From contig JAWSVA010000010.1 of assembly GCA_033852155.1 (NCBI GenBank), positions 65,412 to 129,411 on the forward strand: a DNA stretch of 64,000 bases, written 5' to 3'. This document shows, piece by piece, positions 42,216-52,346 of the stretch. Numbering within the stretch: the stretch's first letter is position 1; each line of letters begins with the position of its first letter. Position numbers and translations under genes: made by a program. The DNA is from Gammaproteobacteria bacterium (GTDB lineage Bacteria > Pseudomonadota > Gammaproteobacteria > QZLD01). The notes under the pieces were generated by a model. That model was not told where the DNA came from and made no database searches. It saw only the letters and a program-made list of their open reading frames with translations.

Positions 42216-44636
42216 TTAAGACTTCCAGTATTTATGCATCCACGCTGATATGGTATCCCACTGCCCCCAGTCGACACCATCATCCATCTCGTCCTTACTA
42301 ATACCATTTTTTCCGCCTAAGTATTCACCATCTAAATTAAGAATCATTTGGCGTACTATATATACAATTGCATCCTCATCATCGTTATCACAGTTGCCAT
42401 CTAAAAGAACGCGTATTATGGCGACCCATTTTTCTTTGGTTAGGTTGTAATACGGTATCGGTTGTACAAGTAGTCCCCGCCACTGGCCAATTTTTGTTAG
42501 CCATCTAGCTGCAACATCATCATTATCTTTTATAATCCAATTGGCTCCAGCATTATTTGCAGGATCTGACTTCAAGGTATACATATAAAGGAAGAAATCC
42601 CAGTTATCCCCCTGAATAGAGTTATCAAACACATCCATGCCAATATCTTTAATCAGCCTCTGGCATACCTCATCACTCTGGTAATAAAGAATCGCTATTA
42701 CAGCAACCTCTTCATCATCCATACATAAACCGTCAACTGTTTCCTCTTCAAACAGGTCATACCAATTATCAGTTGGCTTATTCAATAATGACATAATTAT
42801 ATGTTTTAACGCGCTATAAGGCAGGTATAGAGCATTTATCCTGCTTACATCTATCTTGCCTTTGTCGTTGGTCAGGAATGTCATAATGTCGTCATCGACA
42901 TCAGTTTTCATAAACCCTGGGTCATGCAGGACCTTTTCATAGAATTTGCATGTTTTCTCATATATTTTCTGTTCTACTGGGTCACTCTTTTTCCCAAGAG
43001 CAAGTGTTTGCTCTGTAGTTAGCTCATTCCCCTTTTCATCTTTATGCGCGGCACGCCAGGCATTCATGATTTCTGCCTGTGTTTTTGTTACTTTGCCAGA
43101 TGACGTACTGACCTCTTCATTTTCCACTTTGCCGCCAGTGAACTTATCCATATCGGTTTCCATTGCATGCCAAATTGGCCCTGCAACTGGATCTTTCATA
43201 ATCTTGGGAATGTTTGGACCGGGGTTTGGCATTGGTTTTTCCGCCTTAATAGCAGATGGCTTGACCCCTGTTGCTATAGAATAGATCTCAGCGATTGAGT
43301 TATATGATTCACCACCAACAATCTCAGCATCCTCATTAGTCCCTGTGCCATCACCATGAAACTTATGCGAAGTATTACGGCTATAACGCATATCTATGCC
43401 GGTTTCTAAATCACAGAGGATGTCATGATAGGTTTTAGATCTAAAATCAGGCCCGTCAAATGCTGAATCAAATGCACGCGGGTATTGATGCCCTGATGCG
43501 AAAGTATCCTGCAGAAAATGGAGTGCAAATGCTTCATGAATTAAAGCGTTATGCATTGAGTCTTTTGCTTTGCCTAATTTATTCTCTTTTAACTCACGAT
43601 TTGCAGCTGCAGCATAACCTTTTGCGGTCTTATGATTAGCCTCCCATTCACACTCTGCTAACGGGAAAAAATGGTTCCAGTTAGTTTTGGCTAAAGCAAT
43701 ATACGGAGATACTATTGCTGTAAGGCCTTCGGCTCCATATTGGTCTTTATCCATATCTTGTGCTGTTCTACTGTGGTCTCCTGCATTTTTAGTTGCCCAG
43801 CCAAGACTTTTTCTTTTAGGTTTTACTTGGGTTTCAGTAGTTTGACCTTCGCCATCATCTACCTCTACTTCTACTTCTTCACGAAACTCAATAGAATATT
43901 CATCTCCAAACCCTAGCCCTGAGTGTTCACCCTTAGCTTTGGAGTTTATCTTTTTAAGCCCTTCAAGCAATGTACTTTTATGTTGCACCAGTTTTTGCCC
44001 AGCGATATCTCCATAGCTTTTATGTTCTTTGGCACCCCATTTGCGCAGTGTATTACCAGAATCCTGCTGCATAGTATGCGCAATTTCATGGGTTAATATT
44101 GCCTGTCCTGATTCAGTATTTGGGGCATATTGTCCCTGGCCAAAATATATATCACGTCCGACACTAAATGCCTTTGCATCTACAGCGTTTGCAGCCTCAG
44201 CCGCACCACTACCAGTGTGTACTCTCACATTAGAAAGCGATTGACCGTAATATGATTCATACCCTTGTCTTTGTGAACCAGAAAGTGATGCGCCACTTTG
44301 CTCAAAGCCAAGGTTAATTCCATTGGATGATGAAACTGGAGATGTCTTGAATGGAGCGTTTTTGCCACCAGACATATAACCTGCAGCTGCAGAATCAGCT
44401 TGCTGTTCACTGGGGTCGCCGCTGGAACCAAACTTAAGTTTTCCCTTAGCAGATGATGCATAGAGGATATCTCTTATTTGCTCTTGCCTATCGGCACTGT
44501 TTGACTCTTTGCAAACGACATCATTGCATTTTGCTGGTGATTCTTGTTTTTCAGCTGCGCGTTGTTTCATTAAGTTCTCTAGCTTTGTATCAATTGGCGA
44601 AAGATTTTTCGCCCCTACACAACTCATCATTCCCAC
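42216..44636 (-). CDS. DUF4157 (zincin-like HExxH) domain protein with large uncharacterised C-terminal region; candidate eCIS cargo/toxin
   Basis: 806 aa. Residues ~115-190 (GASLSGSQRQGYESYYGQSLSNVRVHTGSGAAEAANAVDAKAFSVGRDIYFGQGQYAPNTESGQAILTHEIAHTMQQ) match the DUF4157 signature VRVHT...A.AFT.G.DI.F..G.Y.P.T..G..LLAHELTHVVQQ almost position for position. The N-terminal ~100 aa is low-complexity and disordered. The C-terminal ~600 aa matches no known domain. Sits immediately downstream of the eCIS structural genes on the same strand. Confidence 0.8.
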   Translation of the reverse strand: MGMMSCVGAKNLSPIDTKLENLMKQRAAEKQESPAKCNDVVCKESNSADRQEQIRDILYASSAKGKLKFGSSGDPSEQQADSAAAGYMSGGKNAPFKTSPVSSSNGINLGFEQSGASLSGSQRQGYESYYGQSLSNVRVHTGSGAAEAANAVDAKAFSVGRDIYFGQGQYAPNTESGQAILTHEIAHTMQQDSGNTLRKWGAKEHKSYGDIAGQKLVQHKSTLLEGLKKINSKAKGEHSGLGFGDEYSIEFREEVEVEVDDGEGQTTETQVKPKRKSLGWATKNAGDHSRTAQDMDKDQYGAEGLTAIVSPYIALAKTNWNHFFPLAECEWEANHKTAKGYAAAANRELKENKLGKAKDSMHNALIHEAFALHFLQDTFASGHQYPRAFDSAFDGPDFRSKTYHDILCDLETGIDMRYSRNTSHKFHGDGTGTNEDAEIVGGESYNSIAEIYSIATGVKPSAIKAEKPMPNPGPNIPKIMKDPVAGPIWHAMETDMDKFTGGKVENEEVSTSSGKVTKTQAEIMNAWRAAHKDEKGNELTTEQTLALGKKSDPVEQKIYEKTCKFYEKVLHDPGFMKTDVDDDIMTFLTNDKGKIDVSRINALYLPYSALKHIIMSLLNKPTDNWYDLFEEETVDGLCMDDEEVAVIAILYYQSDEVCQRLIKDIGMDVFDNSIQGDNWDFFLYMYTLKSDPANNAGANWIIKDNDDVAARWLTKIGQWRGLLVQPIPYYNLTKEKWVAIIRVLLDGNCDNDDEDAIVYIVRQMILNLDGEYLGGKNGISKDEMDDGVDWGQWDTISAWMHKYWKS

Positions 44637-44644
44637 GAAAGCAA

Positions 44645-44740
44645 GAATCTATTTTTCCCTTCCAATGCTCTGCGTTGGAACGAGGGTTATGATGGAGTTT
44701 TTGATTTATACTTCGACTACGCTCAGTAGACTTAAATCAA
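44645..44740. repeat. intergenic repeat copy (a): TTCCAATGCTCTGCGTTGGAACGAG palindrome plus CTTCGACTACGCTCAG module
   Basis: Shares modules with copies at 53984, 55012, 56575 and 61330. The palindrome module is present in reverse-complement orientation relative to TTCCCACGCAGAGCGTGGGAACGAG. Confidence 0.6.
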
Positions 44741-44760
44741 AAGCTCTCCACACAGATTTA

Positions 44761-47727
44761 TTACTTAAATACCAAAAAGTTTGCGGCTTCTTTCAGCCCT
44801 TTAATAAACTTTTTACTAATAACAGCATAAGGGCTTTGTGCCATATTTGCGGTAAAGATTCCATTACCAACAAATGGGACCATTGCAATCTCTTCAGCAG
44901 TTCCAGCTGTGCTAAATTTATTACCACTCATGGTCAGGTAACCTGCAAACACAGCATTATCCTCTTCATGAATGATATTATCCGTTAAAGCCAAACAATC
45001 TAATGCAGGTAAGTATTGTTTAATTACACCTGTAGCAGGAACTGATGCTGAAGACACCATCCCTTTAATGGAGATAAATTTGCTGTTGGTAATACTCAAA
45101 TCTGCCCCTAGGCTTAGGAATGACTTCATCGTCTGCCTCGCTGTCATTATCTTCTTACGAGCTAGTATATTTATTGCTCTTGGTGTTCCTGAGTTCAGCC
45201 AGATATCTCCATTGATATCAGTTGATCTAATTGTTCCACCAACATGATTATTAAATAAACCTAAACATGCACCAAATTTTTTGTGCCTAATCGACCTGAT
45301 AGCTCTATCCAATGAGCCGATTAAAACAGCTTCCGATGCGTTGGTATTACCTACGTTAGCTATAAACGAATTAAAACTGGTCTTAGGAGATATTCTGGAG
45401 CGTCTAATACGGAAGTTATTTGCCGATAAGCTACTTTCATTCGCAGCAGCTGCAATGTGACTAACCTCATACCCTTCATATAACTCCGGTAGATTGGTTA
45501 CTGCTGTTCCAGCTGAATACCTGACCCATTTGGCTCTAGTATCTGCTGGCATTGCAGTGATTTTTTTAGCTACACTAAATAGCTCTCTCTTGTATGCTGC
45601 TGCATCATCAACTGAGTCAATTGCTAAAAGTTTTTCTATATCGTCAGAGATTGTGTGAACATTTCTTCCTCTTACACGAACCCCAGCACTAAAAATACCT
45701 AAAGGTGCAATTGCCTCTGTCCAGCTTGAGGTCATCGTATTATTGTCCCATAAGATTTGGGTCTCATTCTTAGCTGTTCCGACAACAACCATTGGTTTTG
45801 CTGCAGCTGAAGAAGCAATTCTGGAGAACAAACATCCTTGCGCGGTAATCTTCATCCCTTGCATAAAGATTTGCGATGCGCCTCTTAATTTGAAGGTGAT
45901 ATTTTCAAATATTAATTCATCAGCTTCAAAGTCATTTTTTTCACCTGACATTTCAACTGTAACTGCAGCTGAAGAACTACCGGATATTCTTAGACTGTTG
46001 AATTTAGTCGCTTTTGGATTTTCAGGTACGCTATGAATACCTGGCTGTAAGCATATCCAGATATCTTTCGCGCTTAAATCTGCTTTTAAAGCATCTTTTA
46101 GAGTTTCGAACTGACCACCTTTGCCGACTGTAATTAGGAAATCACTACCGCCACCTCCAGAAGGTTTTTTATTAAGTGCGATTAAAGCATCTTGAACCGT
46201 CTTGATATTAACTGGTGCCAACACCCCCGTTAAACCATTATCAGGTCTGCGTAGGTCTATATTATCTGCATCAAGAGCATCAATATCCTGCTCTATATCA
46301 ACTACAGTTTCCTGTAGACTTTCAAGTGCATCATGCACATTTTTAGCATTGCCATAAATATCAGAAGATAGGTTATCTATCGCTATATCACGCGCTTGAA
46401 TATTGGTTAAACTTGGGAAGTTCAGCTGGCGTTTTTGCTCATCTGTTAACGCCTGGATTTTTCCATTGCTGGCGATAGTAGCGATTAATAGGTAGTTATG
46501 CTTAATACCTTTTGGTAGTACTCCATCTTCGTCATCATCTGTTGCGCTAAGAATGATTCCGCCATCATAGCCATCTCTGACTACAATTTCCCAGTAATCA
46601 CCAACGATTATGTTTTTGTTCTTCAGCTCAACCTGCATCTCATGGTCTTTCAGATGCAAAGTAGCTGTATTAGCATCAACATTTACACTGCCGTGGCTCT
46701 TATTGCTGTTGACTTTTAGTGGTGCAAATCTGTCTTTTGCTGGATAATCACTAGCTTTAATAGCCCAGCTATGGCCAGCTTTAACAAGTGTGCAGCAACC
46801 ATCCCAACGTCTAACATAGTTAAACTTTTTACCAGAATCAGCTTCAACCTTTGTCTTAAGCTCACCACGTTGCAAAGCTAAACTAGCAGAGCTTTCTAGA
46901 TGCACACCGATATGCTTTTCACATGCATCGTTGTAGTGTTCAAAAATCCAATCACCAGTTTCAAAATCTTGTGGTACCGGAATCTCGTTGTTGTCATCAT
47001 CTAAAATCTGATACGCCTCAGCACCATTCTCACATGACCATTTGATTGTCACTTCTGAAGGGCTGGTTGGACTACCTTTGATATCATGCACTTCAACGCG
47101 AAAGATGTAGTTACCCGATTTTTGTACTGAGCTGCTGGCAAATGTGTCTACGTCAAAAGAATCACCTTCCACATCAACCGTTCTGTTTTTTAGTGTTAGT
47201 CGGCTGTTACCTGATGTTGGGTTTATCTTGGTTGATTGCGGATCTAAACCTAGTTTTGCACACTTTATCTGTACCATTCTTTGGGTTCTGGTACATGTGT
47301 CAGCACCAAAGAGAGCGGGATCGAGAAGGTTTTCATCTTCTAAAGAGGTAACAGATCTGTCCCAGATATCTGCATAGATATGCACGCTCTTACTTGGCAG
47401 TTTACCTAACCCTGGTAGATCTAGCTGTTTTTCAAATGAAAATGGCTGATTATCCACATCTGGAGATATCAACTCTGCAGCAACACCATTTACACTTATC
47501 TTACCTGGCTGAATTTTAAAATCACTTCCTTGCGTAGCGATTTTAAGGCCTGAATCTTTTGGTGTTCCGCTACCAATAACAGCTTGTGCTAATTGGTTTA
47601 ATCTACCGTTAACAATATCAACGAACTCATTCCAATCAGCATCGGTAAGCATTCTTCCCTGCTGCTGATATATGCCGCTGTATTGTTTCTCTTCCTGATA
47701 ACTATCTCTTGAAATTTGTGTCTTCAT
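44761..47727 (-). CDS. large eCIS distal protein (putative tail fibre / Afp13-like)
   Basis: 988 aa, last gene of the structural block and after the gpI-like gene, as fibre genes are in P2/Afp. No enzymatic motifs recognised. The call rests on position and size only. Confidence 0.35.
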   Translation of the reverse strand: MKTQISRDSYQEEKQYSGIYQQQGRMLTDADWNEFVDIVNGRLNQLAQAVIGSGTPKDSGLKIATQGSDFKIQPGKISVNGVAAELISPDVDNQPFSFEKQLDLPGLGKLPSKSVHIYADIWDRSVTSLEDENLLDPALFGADTCTRTQRMVQIKCAKLGLDPQSTKINPTSGNSRLTLKNRTVDVEGDSFDVDTFASSSVQKSGNYIFRVEVHDIKGSPTSPSEVTIKWSCENGAEAYQILDDDNNEIPVPQDFETGDWIFEHYNDACEKHIGVHLESSASLALQRGELKTKVEADSGKKFNYVRRWDGCCTLVKAGHSWAIKASDYPAKDRFAPLKVNSNKSHGSVNVDANTATLHLKDHEMQVELKNKNIIVGDYWEIVVRDGYDGGIILSATDDDEDGVLPKGIKHNYLLIATIASNGKIQALTDEQKRQLNFPSLTNIQARDIAIDNLSSDIYGNAKNVHDALESLQETVVDIEQDIDALDADNIDLRRPDNGLTGVLAPVNIKTVQDALIALNKKPSGGGGSDFLITVGKGGQFETLKDALKADLSAKDIWICLQPGIHSVPENPKATKFNSLRISGSSSAAVTVEMSGEKNDFEADELIFENITFKLRGASQIFMQGMKITAQGCLFSRIASSAAAKPMVVVGTAKNETQILWDNNTMTSSWTEAIAPLGIFSAGVRVRGRNVHTISDDIEKLLAIDSVDDAAAYKRELFSVAKKITAMPADTRAKWVRYSAGTAVTNLPELYEGYEVSHIAAAANESSLSANNFRIRRSRISPKTSFNSFIANVGNTNASEAVLIGSLDRAIRSIRHKKFGACLGLFNNHVGGTIRSTDINGDIWLNSGTPRAINILARKKIMTARQTMKSFLSLGADLSITNSKFISIKGMVSSASVPATGVIKQYLPALDCLALTDNIIHEEDNAVFAGYLTMSGNKFSTAGTAEEIAMVPFVGNGIFTANMAQSPYAVISKKFIKGLKEAANFLVFK

Positions 47728-47739
47728 TTTCGTTTCTCT

Positions 47740-49374
47740 TTAGTTCATCGCTAATGGAGCGCGTGAAAGTGTTTCATCTGGAATCAGCGCGATCTTTAAA
47801 CCGACTGGTAAATTCTCTTTAATCTTTAAAATAACTGCTTCATAACGCAGGCAATATCTTTGTTGATGATATACGCCTATCTCACCACCATTCTCTGCAC
47901 CAAATTTTATTTGCTCAGCTGCTGCAGGGTGAATCACACCGCAACCTTTTTCAGCAAATCTGGTAGTAAAAAACAATGGAGATTCATCAGTACAATTAAA
48001 CAATAAATTTGGCATTCTCAATCGATCTTGAGATGGAAAACAGCTATAACGAATGCAGCCATCTATCTTTCTGTTATAGCGGTTCTTCTCTTTACGTAAC
48101 GTGCCAGCAAAAATACAATCACTAGCTTGAATTTTTGGAGTTATAGCGCTTTTTAATACTGTGCAATATTCAAATTGAGCCATACCTGCTTTGAGATAAA
48201 CCTCTTCAAAAATTGTTCCCACTGCATCCAGAGCTGGTAGCTGCTCTGTATGAATTGAGTTAATAGTTAAGTCCTTAACTGCACAATTTACGAAGCTGAC
48301 ATTGGTTTTTTTGATATCTATATCTTTTTCAAATACTAGATTTTCAAAGTGGTATATCTTGTTTTGCAGCAAGCTGATTTTTGTACTTATTTTGACTGGT
48401 GATTCAGTTACAGCTCGATAGGTAATTTTCTCAACTTTTTCTTCGGAACCAATCCCCTCAATACTAGCACCACCAATATTTACCTCTTCTTTAGATATTT
48501 CAATCTGCTCTGAAGAATTTATTTGTGACCAAGAGATTTCCTGCATATCATCATTGAAGAATCCCTGTGGCACAGGGCAATACAAAAGGACACTGCGTGG
48601 ATTTGCATGACCACTCTTCCAGTCTGGTTCTCTTACATCTACTGTCCTACGCGATAGATCCTGATAACTACCTTGGTGAAGCGGAACCGCAGACCTGTTC
48701 TTTTGAATCCAAAGTACATCCTCTCCACCATTCTCCGCACGATCGGAGCCTGCTCCAAAGCGAGAGATATGAGTTTCTGCTGTTGCCTGTTGAGCCTTAA
48801 CTGCCATAGAGTACTTTCTGACATCTACAGTTGTGGTTAATAACCCTGGATGTTTTGCTGCTGTTAATGGCTTGCTGGCATCTACATCTTTCTCACCATA
48901 GCTACTTTCAGGCATAATCGGGGCATCAATCCGCGGTGTCATTGCAACGCGCTTCCACCCTTCTTGAACCTCAACCTCCATATCGCCAATGTTTTGCGCT
49001 ATCTCTTCGGTTGCTACAACTGTGCCGCGCCTTTGTCTCCACCTAACCGCATTGGCTATCTCTTTTGACTGACCTTTGGCATCTGGTGAAACTAGGTTTA
49101 CATCAAGTAGGTCAGAGAAATAAGGAAGTAACCACGGCTGGCAACTTATATCTTTCTCATCTTCAGATGAAGAGTTAAACGGAAAATTATCTGCATAGAA
49201 CTGGTCGATATTGGATGATATCTCATCTAACAGACCACCAAATACAGATAGTAAGTTTTTGAGGTCACCGTCATCCTCTTTTGAATTATCACGAGCACGA
49301 TAAACCGTTGGCATCAACTTATATAGCATCTCGCTATGGCTTAGTTTATCTTTTTGTTTATTAGTATTAGTCAT
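47740..49374 (-). CDS. phage P2 gpI-like baseplate protein (Afp12-like)
   Basis: The 544-aa N-terminus LYKLMPTVY...QPWLLPYFSDLLDVNLVSP...ANAVRWRQRRGTVVATEEIAQNIGDMEVEVQEGW parallels P2 gpI (LLPWLAWAFSVD...W...KGT...G...EWW). There is a 4-nt overlap with the upstream gene. Confidence 0.55.
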   Translation of the reverse strand: MTNTNKQKDKLSHSEMLYKLMPTVYRARDNSKEDDGDLKNLLSVFGGLLDEISSNIDQFYADNFPFNSSSEDEKDISCQPWLLPYFSDLLDVNLVSPDAKGQSKEIANAVRWRQRRGTVVATEEIAQNIGDMEVEVQEGWKRVAMTPRIDAPIMPESSYGEKDVDASKPLTAAKHPGLLTTTVDVRKYSMAVKAQQATAETHISRFGAGSDRAENGGEDVLWIQKNRSAVPLHQGSYQDLSRRTVDVREPDWKSGHANPRSVLLYCPVPQGFFNDDMQEISWSQINSSEQIEISKEEVNIGGASIEGIGSEEKVEKITYRAVTESPVKISTKISLLQNKIYHFENLVFEKDIDIKKTNVSFVNCAVKDLTINSIHTEQLPALDAVGTIFEEVYLKAGMAQFEYCTVLKSAITPKIQASDCIFAGTLRKEKNRYNRKIDGCIRYSCFPSQDRLRMPNLLFNCTDESPLFFTTRFAEKGCGVIHPAAAEQIKFGAENGGEIGVYHQQRYCLRYEAVILKIKENLPVGLKIALIPDETLSRAPLAMN

Positions 49375-52346
49375 ACAGAATAGTCCTCCACCGTGATGCT
49401 AATCTGTGGAATATTGATATCTAGATGTACCAATTGTTTCGGTGATGGTTGTACCATTCTAACGACGTCATCATCGCCTTTGATAACACGTGGTCGCTGT
49501 GCATTTGCAGGAACTTCAATGCCCCCGTTCTCAAGATCAATGGTGCAATCAGAGTTGGTAACGCCTTCTATATTTTCTACCACCTTATAGATCTCACCAC
49601 GGTGCAACGATTGCCCCAGCTCACGGTTGTTCACCGAGAATTCAGCTGCAATCTTCTGCTTAACTTCGTTATTAATAACTTCAGAACTATAACGATTAAG
49701 GTCTGCTCGAATAGTGATATTTATACTTACAATAACCGGCTGGTAAGCACTGGTTTTTATCATCACACCTGGAATTGCACGTTTTTGCAGAAACTCTTTA
49801 ATCTGGTCACTGACAAATTCGAGCCCTGTTCCACCAACTGGAACAATCACCACGTCGATAAACTCACGACGGCTTTTGCTCATGGTGCTCATAAATGAAC
49901 TTGCCTGCAGCACAGACGAATGGGTGCGAGCCAGTTTAGAAAAATCATCCAACGAAACCGCTCTTTCTAAACTCAGAACAGCGCCCGGTGCATTTTGCCC
50001 CATCTGCTGTGAGTTCTCCATCTGGTGTCCACCATATGTAGCGCTTGGTTGATATACCTCTTGCAGCAATGGATGCATCTTGGCTGGTTTGGTGATTTTT
50101 TGTGCAGGGATATTACCCCCTTCACCAACACCCTGTCTGAAATTCAGGCGTACATTATTCTTACCGGTAGGAACACGTCTGCCATTGTTTCCGTCACCAA
50201 ACTCAATCTTAATATTTCCACTTTCAGTCATTTTGACAACATAGTGCATATCAACTGAATCTGAATCTTTTAGGTTGGCTACCTGAGACCATTTCTGACC
50301 ATCTATTAAAACTTCAATATCAGCTCTAACGCCAGTAGACATTGAGCTGTCTGGTACAAAGCTGACATTTTTGGCGTTTACCTCAAATGCTTGATTTGCG
50401 GTGGTTGCATCACCACTACCAAGCACCATAGCTGGTTTAACTGCACCATGACTAATGGCTATAACATTTGCATAGATGCTTGTGTTACCAATTTCAAATC
50501 CACCAGATAAATTGTCTGCAAGAGTTATAACATCACCACTGATATCTTTAACAGATGTCAGTACAGTATTGCCTTCTGTTTCAATTAGTACTTTGCGCCC
50601 TAACCTAAGAGAGGCCGGAAGCTGCTGTAAAACTATTTTCTTGCCCGCAATAACATTATGATTTTCTGTGGAATCAATCAGATAAGCCTGCTCTTTAAAG
50701 GTTGTATAAACCTTGGTCTGAGAGATAAAGAATGGGCCACCACCATGGTCATTCCACCTGTTTTCAGCAGTTATATAAGCAGCCTCTTCGTCCTGATTAA
50801 TTCGCGCACTTTCCACCTTAGCCCAGGTAATTTGTGCTCCGCGAACTATTGCTGCAAAGTCACCTGTTGCTATCTGTTTTGGCTCTGTTGTACAGATAGT
50901 TTGCACCAATCTTCCGTTATTACTTCTCGAAAGAAATGGGTCAACATCCCATGAGCTATCAGCACGATTTGGAACATTAAGAGTTTGTGGATTTTTTATC
51001 TTTAAATCAGATAGGTTTCCGGTGGTTGCTTTAACCATTGCATGGTCAGGGTTCCAAACAATTGTCAGCACTGTAAACCCAGGTTCTAATGTCGCATCAT
51101 CAACCTCAGCACCTATTGGGGTGTATTTAGCTGCTGTGACATTGTAATGAACTAGTAAGCTTTTTCCTTTATGAACTCTTGTATCGCACACCCACTTATT
51201 GGCTAAATATGACCAATCACCAGCAGCATATACCACCATGATATAGTTGTTATTTTTCTTCACCGGGCGCTTGGCATAACGCACGATTGGTAAAGCAATA
51301 GTATCGATGATTTTGGAATGTTTGTGGTCTATATGTCCAACCGATTCACTGAAGGTAACTCGGTTTTTATTAATCTCTTTAACACGGCGGTAACTGTGAT
51401 TTCTGCCATTGTATATCGCAACAATTTCACCAGATAAAAGATCTTTAGGCTCTTCTTTTAAGTGCAGGGTTTTATCAACCTGTGAACTTAAAGAGATTGG
51501 TCCTTTTGCCTGTAGCTTTTCCTTCGGTAATAGGTGAACAGTGGTATAGCCTTTTCTGAAAGAGTTTGATATCTCACCACCAAGTCCAATTGTGGTTTTA
51601 TCTTTCTCAACTTTGAGCGAAGTGATAAGCAGTGCCTGAATCTTGCCAGCATTGTGCCTCATGGTTGATTCAAGAATTACCGGCTCACCAATCTTGAGTT
51701 TTTTAAACTCACCAGCCAGCATTAACTCATTGCCAGATATTCTTTGTTGATTACTGTTATACCCTTTTGCCCTTAGTAGGTTCAGTTGCGCATCAACTTC
51801 TAGCTTCTCAATAGTTTCATAGGTTTTTGGTTCTGAACCATCTTCTGGAGCGTATTTAAATTGAACCCCTTTATCCACTATTCCCAACTTGGCTTCTTTT
51901 ACAAACAGCGCGATATCAGTTGTAGCAGAAGCAGGAGGAGCAGGATAATAATCAAGCATTGCCACCAAGCGACGCATGCTATCCCACTGCGTTGCTGTTC
52001 CAATATATCTTTCATTAGCATATGCATTGATATGCTCTGTTAGAACATGGCATCCACGAGCAAAGCTACGTGACACTTCAAATAATAGGTCTTTGGTCTT
52101 ACCCTGATTTTGGTCAATGCCAGCGTATTGATTTTCTACTCTGGTTTTTGATTCCGACTCAGTTTCATTACTCGAATCGTGTTGTACTTTTTCCCATTGT
52201 GGAAACTTATCTGCTAACCCTTCCCTTATCTTTTCCAGATATGTAGCTGCATTACCATCTACATATTGAAACTTTTCCAGGCCAGCACGATTCCAACGAG
52301 TCAGGTCATTAGTTAGGCTGTTATTAGTTTGACTATTATCTGTCAT
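49371..52346 (-). CDS. large baseplate-associated protein (gp6/gp7-like wedge component, Afp11/12-like)
   Basis: 991 aa, translationally coupled (TAATG) to the Baseplate_J-like gene upstream and overlapping the gpI-like gene downstream. No specific motif recognised. Confidence 0.35.
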   Translation of the reverse strand: MTDNSQTNNSLTNDLTRWNRAGLEKFQYVDGNAATYLEKIREGLADKFPQWEKVQHDSSNETESESKTRVENQYAGIDQNQGKTKDLLFEVSRSFARGCHVLTEHINAYANERYIGTATQWDSMRRLVAMLDYYPAPPASATTDIALFVKEAKLGIVDKGVQFKYAPEDGSEPKTYETIEKLEVDAQLNLLRAKGYNSNQQRISGNELMLAGEFKKLKIGEPVILESTMRHNAGKIQALLITSLKVEKDKTTIGLGGEISNSFRKGYTTVHLLPKEKLQAKGPISLSSQVDKTLHLKEEPKDLLSGEIVAIYNGRNHSYRRVKEINKNRVTFSESVGHIDHKHSKIIDTIALPIVRYAKRPVKKNNNYIMVVYAAGDWSYLANKWVCDTRVHKGKSLLVHYNVTAAKYTPIGAEVDDATLEPGFTVLTIVWNPDHAMVKATTGNLSDLKIKNPQTLNVPNRADSSWDVDPFLSRSNNGRLVQTICTTEPKQIATGDFAAIVRGAQITWAKVESARINQDEEAAYITAENRWNDHGGGPFFISQTKVYTTFKEQAYLIDSTENHNVIAGKKIVLQQLPASLRLGRKVLIETEGNTVLTSVKDISGDVITLADNLSGGFEIGNTSIYANVIAISHGAVKPAMVLGSGDATTANQAFEVNAKNVSFVPDSSMSTGVRADIEVLIDGQKWSQVANLKDSDSVDMHYVVKMTESGNIKIEFGDGNNGRRVPTGKNNVRLNFRQGVGEGGNIPAQKITKPAKMHPLLQEVYQPSATYGGHQMENSQQMGQNAPGAVLSLERAVSLDDFSKLARTHSSVLQASSFMSTMSKSRREFIDVVIVPVGGTGLEFVSDQIKEFLQKRAIPGVMIKTSAYQPVIVSINITIRADLNRYSSEVINNEVKQKIAAEFSVNNRELGQSLHRGEIYKVVENIEGVTNSDCTIDLENGGIEVPANAQRPRVIKGDDDVVRMVQPSPKQLVHLDINIPQISITVEDYSV

